From Vicugna vicugna (Eukaryota), in the NCBI GenBank assembly GCA_013265495.1, contig MU058687.1:4896093-4960092 (forward strand): DNA of 64,000 bases, read 5' to 3'. A model generated the notes under the pieces. That model saw only the letters and a program-made list of their open reading frames with translations, ran no database searches and had not been told where the DNA came from. The position numbers were made by a program, and so were the translations under genes. Shown here in pieces: positions 12,920-26,925 of this stretch (position 1 is the first letter of the stretch; each line of letters starts with the position of its first letter).

Positions 12920-13120
12920 ACGTGTATTGCCATGGTGTGTGTGTTGGTGGGTACTATGCTTATAGAATTTATTCAGAGAAGTAGAATTCCTGGTTCCACA
13001 ATATTAATGACTTCCTAGATGTTTGGTACCTATTCTCAAAAGGTTTTTCAAAAGTGTACATCAATGCACACGTAGTAATGTTCAATAGTACTAATTTCAT
13101 CCCTGCTCTCACCATCATTT
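12920..13120 (-). mobile_element. Old L1M-type fragment
   Basis: agaagtagaattcctggtt and tttttcaaaagtgtacatcaatgcacac resemble old antisense L1. Confidence 0.45.
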
Positions 13121-14429
13121 TAATTCAGAAGCTAATTCGTTTTTCATCCCCAAATCCCACTAAACTTCAGGAGAGGAATTAAGGCAATAGACCAAACTTC
13201 GAAGCATTGAAAGTATATATTTAAGAGATCATGTCTTCTGAGTTAATAGCAAACATTAATAGAGAAGACGCTTAAAACTGACCAATAGCAGGCAGAGACC
13301 CACATTTAAATTTCACAGTTTTTTGACTTGAAATGTGCTTGGTTAAAAGCAACAATTTTGCCCTTCACTCACTGATGAGCCTTTCTCTGATTAGAACGTG
13401 GCTAAAACCAACTGTGCTGGAGGAAGAGATGCGGGAAGAAGCCTATTAGGTAAAGACAAGAAGTGAAGTTGTCAGAGTCACTTCAGCCAACCTGTCCCCC
13501 AACTGCAGAGTCAAAAAATAACATCAGCACGGTTGTCTGGAATTTGAGAACTCTAAAAATACTAACAATGTGTTATTATTATCATTTTAAATTTTGAATT
13601 CAGATACTGTGGCTGAATAGCAGCAACACAAGAGAGACTTACGATTTGCCTGGTCAAAGTGCACTCCCTTGGTTCAGGAAAAGAAAGAAAAAGACATCCT
13701 TCTCGCTTTAGTTTACTGGTCAGTGCTTTTACGTTCTACTGTTCACACTGGCTTTTAGTATTAAGAATATTTTCTGTAGTCCCTGGTGAAATTTTTGAAG
13801 ATTAATTTTGCAAATAATAAGATAACATTCTTGTTTACCTGTAATACTTCTGACTGTTAAGATTTCCTGTGATGTTAAAATCCAAAACTGCCCAAAGGAA
13901 TTAACTAGCAATTAACTGTACCTATAATGAACACGTTCTGTATTGCTTGTTCCTTATTTGGAGACCATCTTAAGGTAGTAACGGTCAGAATTTGTGTCTT
14001 CCTACATGATGTTTTCCTCAGTATTACACAGTATTCATAAAAGTAAATTAAATCAAGAAATATTTATTTTTCTATTGTATTTCAGATACTCTTATAGGTT
14101 TTTAGGAGATACCAAATATAGCCATAGTTCCTGACCTCAAGAGCCCCCAGTCTACTGATGAAGTAAGCACTATGTATGTGAAAAGATAAATGTCTTTAAA
14201 AAGTGTTTCTTAATCACGAGTGTCTATTTCAATGATCTATGGGTTTTTAAAAGTTATCCAGAAATCCTGATTATCATTCTGACATAAGGACCATTTGTTT
14301 ATACTTTCAGAAAGCTCTGCAGGAGATTTGGATATATACCTCCAAAAAAAAAAAAATGATTGTCTTTGAAATTCATATGTGGCAATACCTACTTCTATGG
14401 GGTGTTGGCCCCAGAGGCATTTACAAAAT

Positions 14430-15200
14430 TAGCGTCGCACGAGCTAGGTTTTGAAGAATGGGTACAATTTGGATAAGCCAAGAGGAAATGGGGATATTTA
14501 TGGTTAGAGTTGAATGATCTCAAGAAAGAAAACAGAAAACATAGGGAGTGATCAGAGAATGATGCATATGGCTAGAATTTAAAGATTATAAATGGTAGTT
14601 AGGAAGAAAACTTTAACATGGCAAGCACTGGAAATTCTTGAAGAAGTTTGAGTTTAAAAGTTGAAAGCAATACAGCAATTTGAACTGGTGGGGAATTTTG
14701 AATGTGAGAGATTAGGTTTTTGGCAATGTGAAATCGTAGCTATTTTGAATGGAGAAGTAGCTCCATGGGTAAACACTTAAGGGCGTGTGCAAGCATTGAT
14801 GAGAAAAGAGAAGGAATGGAGGGAAAGCTAACTGGGATACTACTGTGGTGATGTTATAAAGACTTGCACTAGGGAGTAGCATTAGAGTGCAAAAAGATAT
14901 GACAACATTTTAAAGGAAAAAAAATCTATTGACAGGATGGCTGACTGGACTTTGGAAGAAAAAGAGAGGTCATGCCTGAATGAATGGAAAATGGATGGTG
15001 GCCGTTTTCAAAAGGAGATAATTGAATTAGTGGGAACCGGTTTGGGGGGAAAGAAAAAATAAAGGGTTTTCTGATGTTTGAGATTATAGAGAAACAGTCA
15101 AGCAGAGACGCATGGGGAGGCAGTTGGACAAGCAAGACTGAAGTCCAAGACCAAGGAGAGGGTGAAGAAAGAGATTTTTAAGGATTTTCCCTGAAGGAAA
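14430..15200 (-). mobile_element. Degraded L2 fragment
   Basis: Purine-rich; gagctaggttttgaagaatgggtacaatttggataagc and ggaggcagttggacaagcaagactgaagtcca. Confidence 0.6.
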
Positions 15201-15983
15201 TAGGAGTAAGCGGCAATGTTAGGATTGGTTCCCTCCCCTGTGTAACAAGAATGGTAATTATTAAGAGGTAGTTCTGAGGATTAAATAAAATCATGTATAT
15301 TAAGCATTTCATACAAGGCTAGGTGCAAGAAAATCATTTACTCAACCATGCCTATGGTTGTAAGTATTTTAATTACTAATCAGCATCCAACTATGTTACA
15401 CATCGGAATAAGATGCAACTCTCACTTTCAAAGAGATCAGCATCGTTACACAGACATGGCGCAAGCAAGTAAATACTCTTTTATGGTATTGGGTCTGTGA
15501 GAAAGATGCATACACAGTAGAAACCAGCTCTCTGAGGGAAAAGTGAATTCTTGATCCATCCTTTGTCAGATACAAATGACAGGATTAGCTTTACATACTA
15601 ACGTTTACTCTTGGGCTTATAAAATTTGCCAAGCCAGTTCATGGGCTATTAAATCTGTGATTACTGTGCTCCTTGACTCAAACCTGGAGGAGCAGACTCT
15701 TGGGAAAGAGCAGCCAAACTTCAGCATCTCTCCTCTGTGCACAGACGTCTTGTTTACTTTGTTTACCATAAATACATCAGAAAGGCCTTGAACAATGGGC
15801 GTTTTCTGTAGCTTGAACAACACTTGATCTTTAGACCTAGTTTACAAATTAGGCCAACAGGTAAATTATTTATAGTATAGCAAAAATAGAGTTTGACCAA
15901 ATCCAGAAGCTTTCTCAGGACTAGTGTTTACTCGTCAAGGAATGGATCATTTCATCCTTGGCTGAATCTTGGTTTTTTCAAAC

Positions 15984-16143
15984 CCTTCTACTCAAAGCAT
16001 ACTCCGACCAATAATAGTATGGGCATCCCTTGGATATTTGTTTCAAATGCAGAATCCCAGGCCCTATTCTAGGCCTACTAGATCAGAATCTGCATTTTGC
16101 CAAGAGCTTCAGGGGAACTGTATATAGGTTGAGAGGAACTGGG
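15984..16143 (+). mobile_element. MER5A-type hAT-Charlie MITE
   Basis: aaatgcagaatcccaggccc...cctactagatcagaatctgcatttt internal palindrome. Confidence 0.75.
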
Positions 16144-16347
16144 CTGGATACTGTGAGAAGCTGAGGAACTCAACCACATTCCTCCTGTTGCTCTAGGATA
16201 CCGCTGGGTGATGTCAGACGATCACAAAGAAATTTTGGATTATGGTTTAGTTCCGTCCCTATGGTGGAGGCCAAAGTTAGAACAGGTACCACCGCTTATT
16301 TTTTCTGAGTTGTATGATATGGGTTTGCACAAATGAATATTTCTGAC

Positions 16348-16711
16348 TGCAATGGACAAAATGTTTATGTCCCCCCAAAATACATATTTTGCAATCTTAA
16401 CCTCCAAGGTGGTGGCATTAGGAGGTCGGCCTTTTGGGGATGATTAGGTCATGAAGGAAGAGCCCTCATTAATAGAATTAGTACCTTTACAAAAGAAGAC
16501 TGAGAGAGGTCAGTCCCTTGCCCCTCCTGCCGTGTGAGGTCACAGCAAAAGGACTCCTATCTCGGAAACAGGCTCTCACCAGACACTGAGTCTGCCTGCA
16601 CTTTGATCTTAGACTTCCCAGCCTTCCAGAACTGTGAGAAATAAACTTACATTGTCAATAAACTACTGAGTTGATGTATTTGTGTTATAGTAGCCCTAAC
16701 AGACTGAGGCG
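16348..16711 (+). mobile_element. Full-length solo MaLR LTR (MLT1A-like)
   Basis: Starts tgcaatggacaaaatgtttatgtccccccaaaa, has cttccagaactgtgagaaataaa, and ends gttatagtagccctaacagactgaggcg. 5-bp TSD ctgac/ctgag. Confidence 0.88.
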
Positions 16712-16854
16712 CTGAGCCACTTGGGAGAGGGGTCGAAGTGACTCTTTGCCAGTGGAAAGTGCTTCTAGACTCAAAAGTAACTATAACCTGGAGAGTCCTT
16801 CCAGAAATCAGAAATACTGGCAGAGAGCTTCATAGATGGTTTATATAAAATTTG

Positions 16855-17065
16855 TGTGTCACTTGCTAACTGTATAACTTTAGGCATTTGTTTTAACCTC
16901 TCCAAGCTGAAGTTTTCTCACCCATAGAATGTGGATAATTATTGTACCTGTGTCATAGGGTTACTGTGGAGTTAAATGAAGTAGAATATATAAAGCAGTG
17001 GACACAGAGTCGAATCCTAGTGGGGACTCAATAAATCTCACTGGTATGTTATTATTTAATTTGTT
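16855..17065 (+). mobile_element. MIR SINE
   Basis: cacttgctaactgtataactttaggca..ttaacctctc...tcatagggttactgtggagttaaatga. Confidence 0.75.
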
Positions 17066-18724
17066 ATTATTTTATAATACTTGAGTATCTATTATCTAAT
17101 CTCTTATACAAGAACAGCGGACCAATAGACTTGTGAATACTTTGGGAAAAATTCAGCAATTTCAAGTTAAGAGATATTGATGAATACTGTGATAGCAGAA
17201 ATTCAGGTAGTACTTAGGGGACTGTTTTCTGACTCTCTATGCTGTGGCCAGTAAAACAATTTATACCCTTTGTCCTGGCTGCACTTGAGACTAATGCCCG
17301 CCTCTTTCTCAAGGAAATGCGTGACTATCAGCTCACTGTCCCCACACTGTGTGTGCAAGTGCCTTTCACAGCTGTAGAAGCAGGTTCGAGCAGATGAACA
17401 CAGCAGCATCTGAACACATGTTTACCCTCCTTTGCCGCAATTTGTCTTACTTCACATTTTCTAGGAACACATTGTGGAATGGAAATGCCTGCATTCCATT
17501 TGAATTTAGTCAATTATCTGGTTTATTTTCTGTGTTTACAATCTAATTAAACTCAGCACATTAACTTAGTTTAAGGCGAAACATCTGTGGAAACTCAGTT
17601 TATTTACTTTGAGAGGAAAAGGACAAACTGGCACAGTGTCTCCCTGTTTGGGGACTACATGCAATTGAGTATGAGTATGGGTGGTCTTCTGGCCCAAATG
17701 TTAAGTTCTGCTTTTAAGCCACTGTTGTCAAAACACTGTAATTGACTGTAACCCTGCGTATTTTCCAGGAAGATGCAAAGGGTCGCTTCCAAAGGAAGCA
17801 TGCTCTTCCACGGGTCTTACTCAGAATATTTAATTCTGAACAATTGGCCTATCACTCATTAACTGCAATCGCTAACATCATCAACTCCCTCCATGAGATG
17901 GGAAGAAACTCTTCATGCTTCATCTAGAATATTGTCATGCTCTAGAAATCATGAAAGAAATCCTTGCGGCCTCAGCACCTGTGTTCTCCTTAGATTGCAA
18001 ACACTAGAGCAGTTCACCTTTATTGATGGGATTTCTTTTTCATTCTTCTTCTACCGCTCTTGTAAGGCCTCTCTCCAAACTCTTGGAAGAATCTGCCAGC
18101 AAACTGTATACCCCACCTGCAGATACTCTCACGTGGATGCTTAACCTCCTGCCGTGACCTCTGTCCCTTTACTCAAGATGAGGATTGCCTTTTGTTGATG
18201 CCACGACCCGCGAGCAATGACTGCTTTCCCATTGGGCGCAGAGCAGGTGATACTGCAGATGTCACTTTCCCCACATGGCTGAGCCACTGATAATGATTAA
18301 AAATTCAGAAGACTACCAGAAAGCCACATTCTTGTTTCCTCACAGGGAGCTTAAAAATACATAATCTAAATGGTTTCTTCTAAGGCTAATATCAGTTTTA
18401 TTTTCAGAGCATCCACATGGCCTCTTGTCATAGGTACACAGGAGACCCAAGGGTGACAGGAGAAAATGTTCCTTAGTTTTACTACTGACTCATCGTATCT
18501 ACCACTTTTGAATTTCACTTTATATTCCATTTCCAAAATGGGGTAGAAATACATGGGACAAAATGCTGTCCACGTCACTTAAGTCTTCACATCCTAAATA
18601 GCTCCTCTGTGAAACTTCTTATGATGCCCTGCGGGTGGATCTGAACGTGCCCCCTTATTCCCAGCTGTGCTGTGCATCCAGTCTTACAGACGCAGCGTCT
18701 GTGAACAACACAGCTGTGTTAGAC

Positions 18725-18985
18725 TAGAGCGCAGTGATTAACAGCTCAGGTTTTGCAGCGACCCTGTCCTGAATTCCCACTCCAGCTTTGCCACTTTCCT
18801 GCTCCATATACTTGGGCTGATAATGGGCTTCTTGGACCCATAGTTTCTTTATCTGTAGTATAGGGATGACAGTAATATGTGTCTCATAGACTCATCGTGA
18901 AGATGAAATGAAATGTAATTAGTTGGTGTGATGCGTTAAGTATAATATAAGCACTATATAGGCATGGAATAGTTATTTTTATTAT
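18725..18985 (+). mobile_element. MIR SINE
   Basis: agtttctttatctgtagtatagggatgacagtaata...tcgtgaagatgaaatga. Confidence 0.7.
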
Positions 18986-20499
18986 TAGTTAACAGGTCTA
19001 ACTCAGTACATTATAAACTTTTAGAGGACAAGACTTAGATTGCACGTTATTTTTTGGTCTCTGTAATATAGCACAGTGGTCTGCATTTAGTAGTTTAATG
19101 AATGGGGAATGAATAAATATATGAGTGATTAAATAGTCACTTGAGGTTTTATAATTTGTCAAAGAAACACTTTCCAGACAGACCTTTTCCCTTAGGGAGT
19201 GTTCTTTAAGACAGTCCTAGTGCTAACACTGGAGTTGCCCAAACTAGATCCGCAAGACGGCCGGGGCTCCACCCCCTGGCAGCATCTCCTGGGACCCTCC
19301 TGGATCTCAGTCATATTCCTTCATTCATTAGTTCATGTCCCAGGGTCATTTTCCTATTTTTCTTTCCACTGATGTAGCCCACATACTCCATTTTCTAAGT
19401 TTTGTCTTCTCCTTTTCCTGAAGAAAGACAACAGAAATATGGCAAACCTCCACATGAACCCACATCTTTAACTCAGAAACTCTGTTCTTGTGCAGAAGAG
19501 CAAGTTGCAAACATTGCAGCGTCCAGCCGAGTTGACATGTGACCTTTGCTCTTATTGATCCTTTGCTTATTTGTAGCAGAAGTTTTCCTTCCCCTTGTTT
19601 CATTTATTTATGCCTTACTGCCTCTTTGGGAACTAACCACTTTCCTTGGGTGTTTACACCTCCAAACTTTCTCAGCACCATTAGCCCTGATAATATCCCT
19701 TCCTTCCAAAGTTTCCAGATTATTCAGATAGGCTATTTCTATGCCAATCATGTCTAAGAATTATTATTCTACATTATTAATAAGTAAGGAAAGAGAATGA
19801 TGCAAAGTAGCAGAAAGATGGGTAAGATTAGTAACTGGATTGGCCAATTATCAGACCACCGAGATTTTTCAGGTAACTTTACAGTCAGAGAGCCTGGGGG
19901 AGAAATCAGAAGAATGGCAACCTTTGCCGAATCCTGTATACAGATGGAAGATAAAATAATGTCCTGCCCTTTGGTGGCTGAAAGCATGTAGCGGTAGGAA
20001 GTAAGAATTTTCATTCTCAAAATGGCAGTTCATGAATTTTCATAGCTTCTTCCCAGGGTGGGTTTATGGCCAGTTGGGTAGCAATAGAAATACGAGTCTT
20101 GCTGAAAGTTACAAAATGCCTGTGGCAGTTCTGAGAAGAGACCCTTTAGGCCAGCAGACTCTGCCCCTCAGCAACATTATGGATTACTATTGTTCACGGA
20201 GAGTGGGGGTGCATTTTTGCTGTTCTGGACTGTTGATTTGCTTCTTGCGCCAGCACTCCTTACCTTTTCTCCCCTTTGGTTTCATTGGGCTTCTGTCCTG
20301 GTACACTCCAGCCCCACAGCAAAAGAAAGACACGAATGGACCCAAGGCACCCATCTCTGAATGTAGAACAGGTTGAAGAATGGTAACTTACTCATTACTA
20401 CTGCTTAACGCATTTCTGGACTTGTATTATCTGTCATTAAATAGCACAGCATCCAGTTATTTATCCTTGTATCAAATCAACCGTTATTCAATGCATATC

Positions 20500-20690
20500 A
20501 GATAGAACTGGGTCACATCCCGACTTTACTACTTACCAGCTCTGTGACACTGGAGATGGTTATTAACCTCACTGAGCCTCAGTTGGTGCATTTTCATAGT
20601 AATAACATCAGATTGTTAGAGGATTAAGTGATACGTATAAAGCTTCTAGGATGGGTGCTGACATGTAGGAGGTGCTCAAAAGATGGCAGC
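20500..20690 (+). mobile_element. MIR SINE
   Basis: ctacttaccagctctgtgacactgg...ttaacctcactgagcctcagtt...gttagaggattaagtga. Confidence 0.75.
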
Positions 20691-22628
20691 CGAAAAGAAT
20701 ATTTCTTACATTTTCTGACAGCGTATAGAGTGACAGTTCCCAGCGTAGGTAGTGACTATATTTGTGTAGTCTTAATAGTGGCATTTAGAAAATCTATTGT
20801 AGGATTTTTTTTTAATCTAAGAAATTGGATTTTACCCTCCTTCTTATAATATTAAAAAAAATGTTAAAAGGAAGAAGAAGTAGGTTTCCTTTTAATAGAT
20901 CTATTAATAACAGAAGCAAGCAGGCACTGAGGCTTCTTTGGAATGCAAATAATGAAAAGTTTGCGGGCGAATTCTTGAAATAGGAAGGTATGTTTTTCCT
21001 TACGGTTTAGAGGTTTCTAAAAATAGTCAAGGATTTCACCTTTGGGGAAAAATGGGAAACAATATCTTATTTTTATGTAATGAATCGAGAATTGTGGATT
21101 GAATTTCCATGTCTCCTCTTTTTAAATGCTGCATTTGTGGGACAGAGCGACTATTGCCTCTCAAGGTCTGACTCTGAGGATTTGGCTCGGGACAAGTTAA
21201 GAGCCGTTCCTTCCTCATACAGTTCCTGGGAGGTGATTAGAAGTATCCACTTTCTTTCTCATGTGTCAATTCTGTGAGTCTTTGAAGTAGCTACATCTCT
21301 AGATGGCGTCTGAAAATCCTCCTTGTTAGATTTTGCAGGAGGCTAAAGAGTGAGGGTTCGACTTGACCCAGGTCTTTCACAGGCCGGGACTAACTTATCC
21401 AGGTACGGACAGGTTCTGGAAGTGAGGGGGAGAACTGTGTTCTGCAGACTTTCCAGAAACCCAAGAGCACCTTGGCAGAGCCAAGCCTGCGGCTGAGAGA
21501 ACGCTGGTAGTCACAGATAGAGCAGGTTCCGGGGGTCAGGCTTACCGGCAAGAGTTAAGTCAAAAGTCGAGAGTACCAACCCGAAGAAAGAAGACTTCCC
21601 AGGAAAGAAGGTCAGTAGATATGTTCTATAAAACCTCAGAAAACTGCAGTAGGTGGAAGTTGTAGCATCCCCAGGAATTAGGTGTCTAATGACCTCTTCA
21701 CAGGAGAGTGAGTTTCCCACAACTGAATGCTCTGAAGAAAAAGGAAGGACAGATACATTGATCAGATACATTTTGATCTTGATAACTTCTAAGTTCTTCT
21801 TTGCCTTAGCGATTCAATGGTTATTCAAATTAGATCCTTTTTTTTTTCCACCTTATTTCCATTGTCCTCTGATGCTCCAGGACAGTTTTTCCCCCTTGGA
21901 ATTTACAAGAAATGTTAGAAATCCAGAGTGTGTAAAAGTGGTGGCTAATTAACATTTTACTCTCGGAGAAATATGATCAAAATTGTCAAAAGTGTTTTGA
22001 GGGTTTTATTTATTTTATCGTCATTCTGATTTATTCTACTTTGTTAAGGAAAGAGAGAGAGATCAGGAGAGGGAGGAGAAAGTGAGGGAGAAATGGAGAC
22101 AATATTCAACGTCGCAGTGAAGGGAAGTAGAAAAATAAATTGAATTTTAAAAAATACACGTAGCAATGTGCTGGGTTGTTGTGGACACTTATGCTCATCT
22201 TCCCTTGGACCTGACTGACTTTCTGCTGGATGTGAAACACCTCTTTTAGAAGCGTCATCACACGACTGTCAGAAATCCTAATATGTCGCAATTTGCCCAC
22301 GCTTCCTCTTCTAGTATTCCAGCTTGGAGAGTTTGCAGAGCCCTGGTTAATTAATGTTGAACCTTTCAGGGGCTCTGTGAATCTTGGCAGGGGTAGTAGG
22401 GGACTAGATTTTAATTAAAGGACCAAGCTACGTGGAGATGTTGGAGTCTCAGATTCCAGGAGGGAAGACAGTCATTGCATGAAGGTTGCTGGGAGGAGGT
22501 AAGCAGGATGGCAAAGTGTGCAAAGACTAAAGGAAGATGATAACCAAAGGCCTGAACGAGGAAGAATTAAAACAAAGAGATCAGCACATCCAGCCAAGCT
22601 TTGCCAAAAGCATGGTCATAGAGAAGGG

Positions 22629-22709
22629 GTGTGTGTGTGTGTATGTGTCTGTGTGTGTATGTGTGTGTGCGTATGTGTGCGTGTATTTGTGTGTGTGTGT
22701 GTGTGTGTG
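22629..22709. repeat. Imperfect (GT)n microsatellite, about 80 bp
   Basis: Long interrupted GT/RY run. Confidence 0.95.
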
Positions 22710-23663
22710 CTTGCACAGTGTGAACACTCTGGCTTGGAGGTAGCAACCCTCTCCCCTGATGAAAATTTGAGGATGGCAGCAACAGAACCTAAACAGAGAA
22801 TAATTAAAGAGTAAAAAGGGCAGCTAATGAAATGAAAATAACTTTAAAAGGATGAAAAGAAATTGTGGTTAACGCACCATGTGGTTGACCTATGAACCTA
22901 GCTGCTGTGGAAACATAATAACACAGAGGCAGCTCCTACCATGCCAGTAAGCTCCTCCCTGGGTGGAAATGGGGCTCTTTGGGAAAAGATTAACTTTTCT
23001 GTCCATGGGGGCATAATTTAACTCACTGGAACAGTAATTTGACAAATGGCACCACTGTGGTCCTAGTGAATGCTGCTGGCTTCTATTAGGAAAGCCTCGT
23101 GCTGCAGAACTGTGAAGAAAAACATCCTTGCACCACCACTGCCCCACCTGGTATAAGAACAACTTTGAGCCTGCTCATTTCTGAGAGTTCCGGCAGTGAA
23201 AGGAAAGCGCTAAGGTTCGGTAACATGTGAGTCACGCAGAGAAGAGTGAGCCTAGTTCAGAAAACATTTCTCCAAGGAGGACTGCTTGCTGGCTTTGCCC
23301 ACGCTGAGTTTTGGAATCTTGACTCTTCCTGTCATTTTGGTCCACCTGGTTCACGTCAAAAAATTAAAAAGAATTTCTTCTACTTGGAACTTGAGTTAGC
23401 TGAGAGTGGGATGCTGAGGTTTAATAGAGATTTACATACCAAGTTACCCGTAACCTAGTGTGTGACTGATACTAAATCATTTCTCTTCACCAAGGAACTT
23501 GTAAGCATCTTATCCAGGTAGGGCTGAGGGAATTTTCAGTATGGTTCTGGCTGCATTGGGATTCCTGTTCCTTTACCTCCTTATTTTGTGTGTCATCCAC
23601 TGATTCCCTTCTGAGCACCAGGGCATTTTATAGGAAAATATCCTTCCCTAAGTAAGGAATTTA

Positions 23664-24392
23664 AAAAAAATTTTATTGAAGTGTAGTTGATTTGCAATGT
23701 TAGTTTCAGGTGTACAGCAAAGTGATTCAGTTATACACATATATACGTTTTTTTCTTTTCAGATTCTTTTCCAGTATATGTTATTACAAGAAATGGAGTA
23801 TAGTTCCCTGTGCTATACGTGTTGTTTACCTATTTTATATATAGTAATGTATGTCTGTTAATCTCCAACACCTAATCCCTTCTGTCCCTTTCCCCTTTGG
23901 TAATCATAGTTTATTTTCTATGTCCCTGAGTCTGTTTTTGGTTTGTAAATAGAATATGTATCTTTTTTTTAAGATTCCACATGTAAGTGATATCATATGC
24001 TATTTATCCTTCTCTGTCTGACTTACTTCACTTAATATGACAATTTTTAGGTCCATCTGTTTTGCTGCAAATGGCATTATTTCATTCTTTTTTATGGCTG
24101 AGTAATATTTCATTATGTATACATGTATACCACATCTTCTTTATCCAGTCACCTGTTGATGAACATTTAGGCTGTTTCCATGTCTTGGCTATTGTGAATA
24201 GTGCTGCTATGAACATTGGGGTGCATGTGTCTTTTTGAATTATAGTTTTCTCCAGATATATGCCCAGGAGTGGGACTGCTCAATCATATGGTAAATCTTT
24301 TTTTAGTTTTTTAAGGAACCTCCATACTGTCCTCCATAATGGCTGCACCAATTTACATTCCTACCAGTAGTGTAGGAGGGTTCACCCTTCCA
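23664..24392 (-). mobile_element. 5'-truncated L1 (3' UTR plus ORF2 end), relatively young, with TSD
   Basis: Typical antisense L1 text (ttttattgaagtgtagttgatt..., gattccacatgtaagtgatatcat, gctgcaaatggcattatttcattctttttt, ggctgcaccaatttacattc). Perfect 15-bp TSD taagtaaggaattta at 23649-23663 and 24393-24407. Confidence 0.93.
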
Positions 24393-24719
24393 TAAGTAAG
24401 GAATTTAGACCAGAGGCAAAAGAATCTCCATCTCTCTGCTTATAATTATCACTGGATGTTCAAACCTTATGCTCAAAATTCCAATACTTGTATCTCTTGC
24501 TATTGTGGTTCCTAAGATACTCTTGTATATATGTATTTAGATCTGGGGATGCTTGAATCTTCTGGTATGTGCTCTGCACAGTTTCTCTACTTGAGCTATC
24601 TCCCTGTTACTAAAGGGATCAGAGCAGTTTTCTGCAACCACCCCGTCTTTTGCCAAGGAAAACCAACTTTTGTATCATGTACTCGCTGGAAAGATCCCCT
24701 CTAGTGCGTTAAAGTCATC

Positions 24720-25100
24720 CATCCACTCAGTCATTTATTTAACCAAGTACACACTCTCTTTCAGGAAGTTCTAAAGGGAACAACTCAGGCGATGTCCCTG
24801 TCCCATAAATGCCATGTCCTAGTGAGAAGAGGCAGATGATCTGCAAATAGGGAAATCATAAATCAGTTGCTGTAGCAATGAGTGCCAGGCTGGAAAGGAA
24901 CCGAACAAGGGCCTGGGCACTTTGGTGGCTGGAGAAGACCCCTGGAAGGAGGAGACATCCCACTTGAAGTCTAAGAGATGAGATGAGCCAGTGATAGCTG
25001 ACCTGGAAGGAGGGAATTCAGGACAGAGGGAGCAGAGGTCCCCAAAGAGGGAAACATGGAGGCCAGAGGGGCCAGAGCAGAGTGAGAAAAGGAACATTAG
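24720..25100 (-). mobile_element. L2 3' fragment
   Basis: cattcatt-like end and cacttgaagtctaagagatgagatgagccag...ggaattcaggacagagggagcag. Confidence 0.55.
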
Positions 25101-25254
25101 GAGGGACTCAGAGGCCCGCTCCTAAGGAGTGTGGTGGTTCACTAACAATAATCATGAACAATCCCACCCACTTTCTACAAAACCCCACTTTATAGTAAAA
25201 AATAAAATTGTACCTTTATTTTTCCTCTCTTTGCCTGTGACCTTCATTAAATAA

Positions 25255-25720
25255 CAGTAAGAATAATAAATGTATTAAGTTCATTGCATGTTCTAGTCAC
25301 AGTGTTAAGTACATCTCATTTAATCCTCACATGAGTGCTAAGAGGTAGTGATGAATGCAAGAGTTAGAGGTATTAACCATTTCCCCCCAGATTTAGCACA
25401 GCTAGTAAGTTGCAAAACCTGGATCAATTCTACATTGGCTTGTTTCCAAAACCATGGATTTACTTTTAAACTACATAACTTTTCTAGCACTACTGTTGTG
25501 CTCTGACTGTGTGCCAGGGACTAAACTGGCTATCTTACTCTCACTACCTCAAGATATAAAACAATCCTACGGGGTCGATGTTCCCATCAATTTGCAAGCA
25601 GGGGAACTGAGAAAACAGAGCACTCAAAGAATCTGCTTGAGGCCAGATGTTACTAATTGGCAGTGCTGGGATTCAGAGAGAGGTCTACCTGAGTCTGAAG
25701 CCCATTCTGTGAAACGCTCC
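25255..25720 (-). mobile_element. Two adjacent MIR fragments
   Basis: atctcatttaatcctcacatgag...cacagctagtaagttgcaaaacctggat, then tgtgccaggga...gcaggggaactgagaaaacagag. Confidence 0.6.
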
Positions 25721-26896
25721 ACAACCTGCCTTCCAATGGCATCAGTGCCTCAATCCATACACACGGGCCCAGGTTGCAGGGGCGCTAAGTTGAGGATGTG
25801 TTGTAGGCACTCGATTTAAGCCACACTTTGTTTCACTGGTATAATCCATGCCCCCAGTTGGGTAAATCTTACCCATTTCTCTTCTTCCCTATCAAACACA
25901 GACTTCTCTATGAGCTGTGTCTTGATAAGTCTGAACCCCACACGGCCTTACCATCAGGTAGACTCCATGGCAACCGTGTTACTCCCCTTTGGTTTCCATT
26001 CTTTTTGCAGGGGCTTCACTGATTCTGCTCACTTCCTATAGCTATTTGTCCTTCTAGAGACACAGGGCTGTATCTCCCTCGTGTACACGTCCTGTGACAC
26101 ATCTAGCTGTTTAATGTATCACCTGGAATAGGTGCTTGATAGATACTTAACAAAGTAGCCAATATTTTAGGAAATGTGGGGAACACCTCATCCCTGCTAT
26201 TCTATTTCTTGGACTCAAGCATTTGGGAAGATTTGTATGGAAACCTATGAAGGAATATTTTTAATGAGACAGATAATGAGACAGCCTTCTGAGATGGGGA
26301 AGAAACAACATCAGCAAAAGATGGATGGCAACAGAACTTCGTTATTTCCTGTCAAATGGTGCCTCTTGTCCCCATGGAAAGCTAAAACCAGAAGTTTTCT
26401 TCCACTCTTGGGTGAGCTCACTGACTGTGTTTTTAACCTTTGCTAGTTAAATTTTGGCTACCCAGCTCTAGGAATTCACCTGGGCCAAACGGGGCCGCTC
26501 CGGGATGAGCTATGCCATGAGAACCTCTCAGTACCTTGTACTCTATCCACTGTCATTTCTGATGTGCTAAATACTATGACATATACATCAAACCAAACCA
26601 AATTAAAAAAATCTTAGGCTGCCCTTACTACATATTGCTCTTACCAAAGAGCATTATTCCAATGGGGCATGTGCACAACACAATGGATGATTTTTCTACA
26701 GGAATAGCTGTGCTTGGGGAAAGACAGAAGGGAAAATATAATGCTACTCTAATCTAGAGAATAAAGAGAAAACAGTGGTTGGCCATAGCAGTCCTGCGGG
26801 CTAACTTACCTTTGTATGGTACAGCCTCGTCTCTGTCTCATGTCGTCCATGAATGAGGCTGAATAATACAGAAAGAAGGTGCTAGTTCAGGAAATG

Positions 26897-26925
26897 AAAG
26901 AGAGAGGGAGAGAGAGAGAGAGAGA
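26897..26925. repeat. (GA)n microsatellite
   Basis: agagagagggagagagagagagaga. Confidence 0.9.

Noticed and set aside
19670..19690. REST/NRSE site (tcagcacca...)
   Set aside because: Only the left half-site matches; the GGACAG half is missing.
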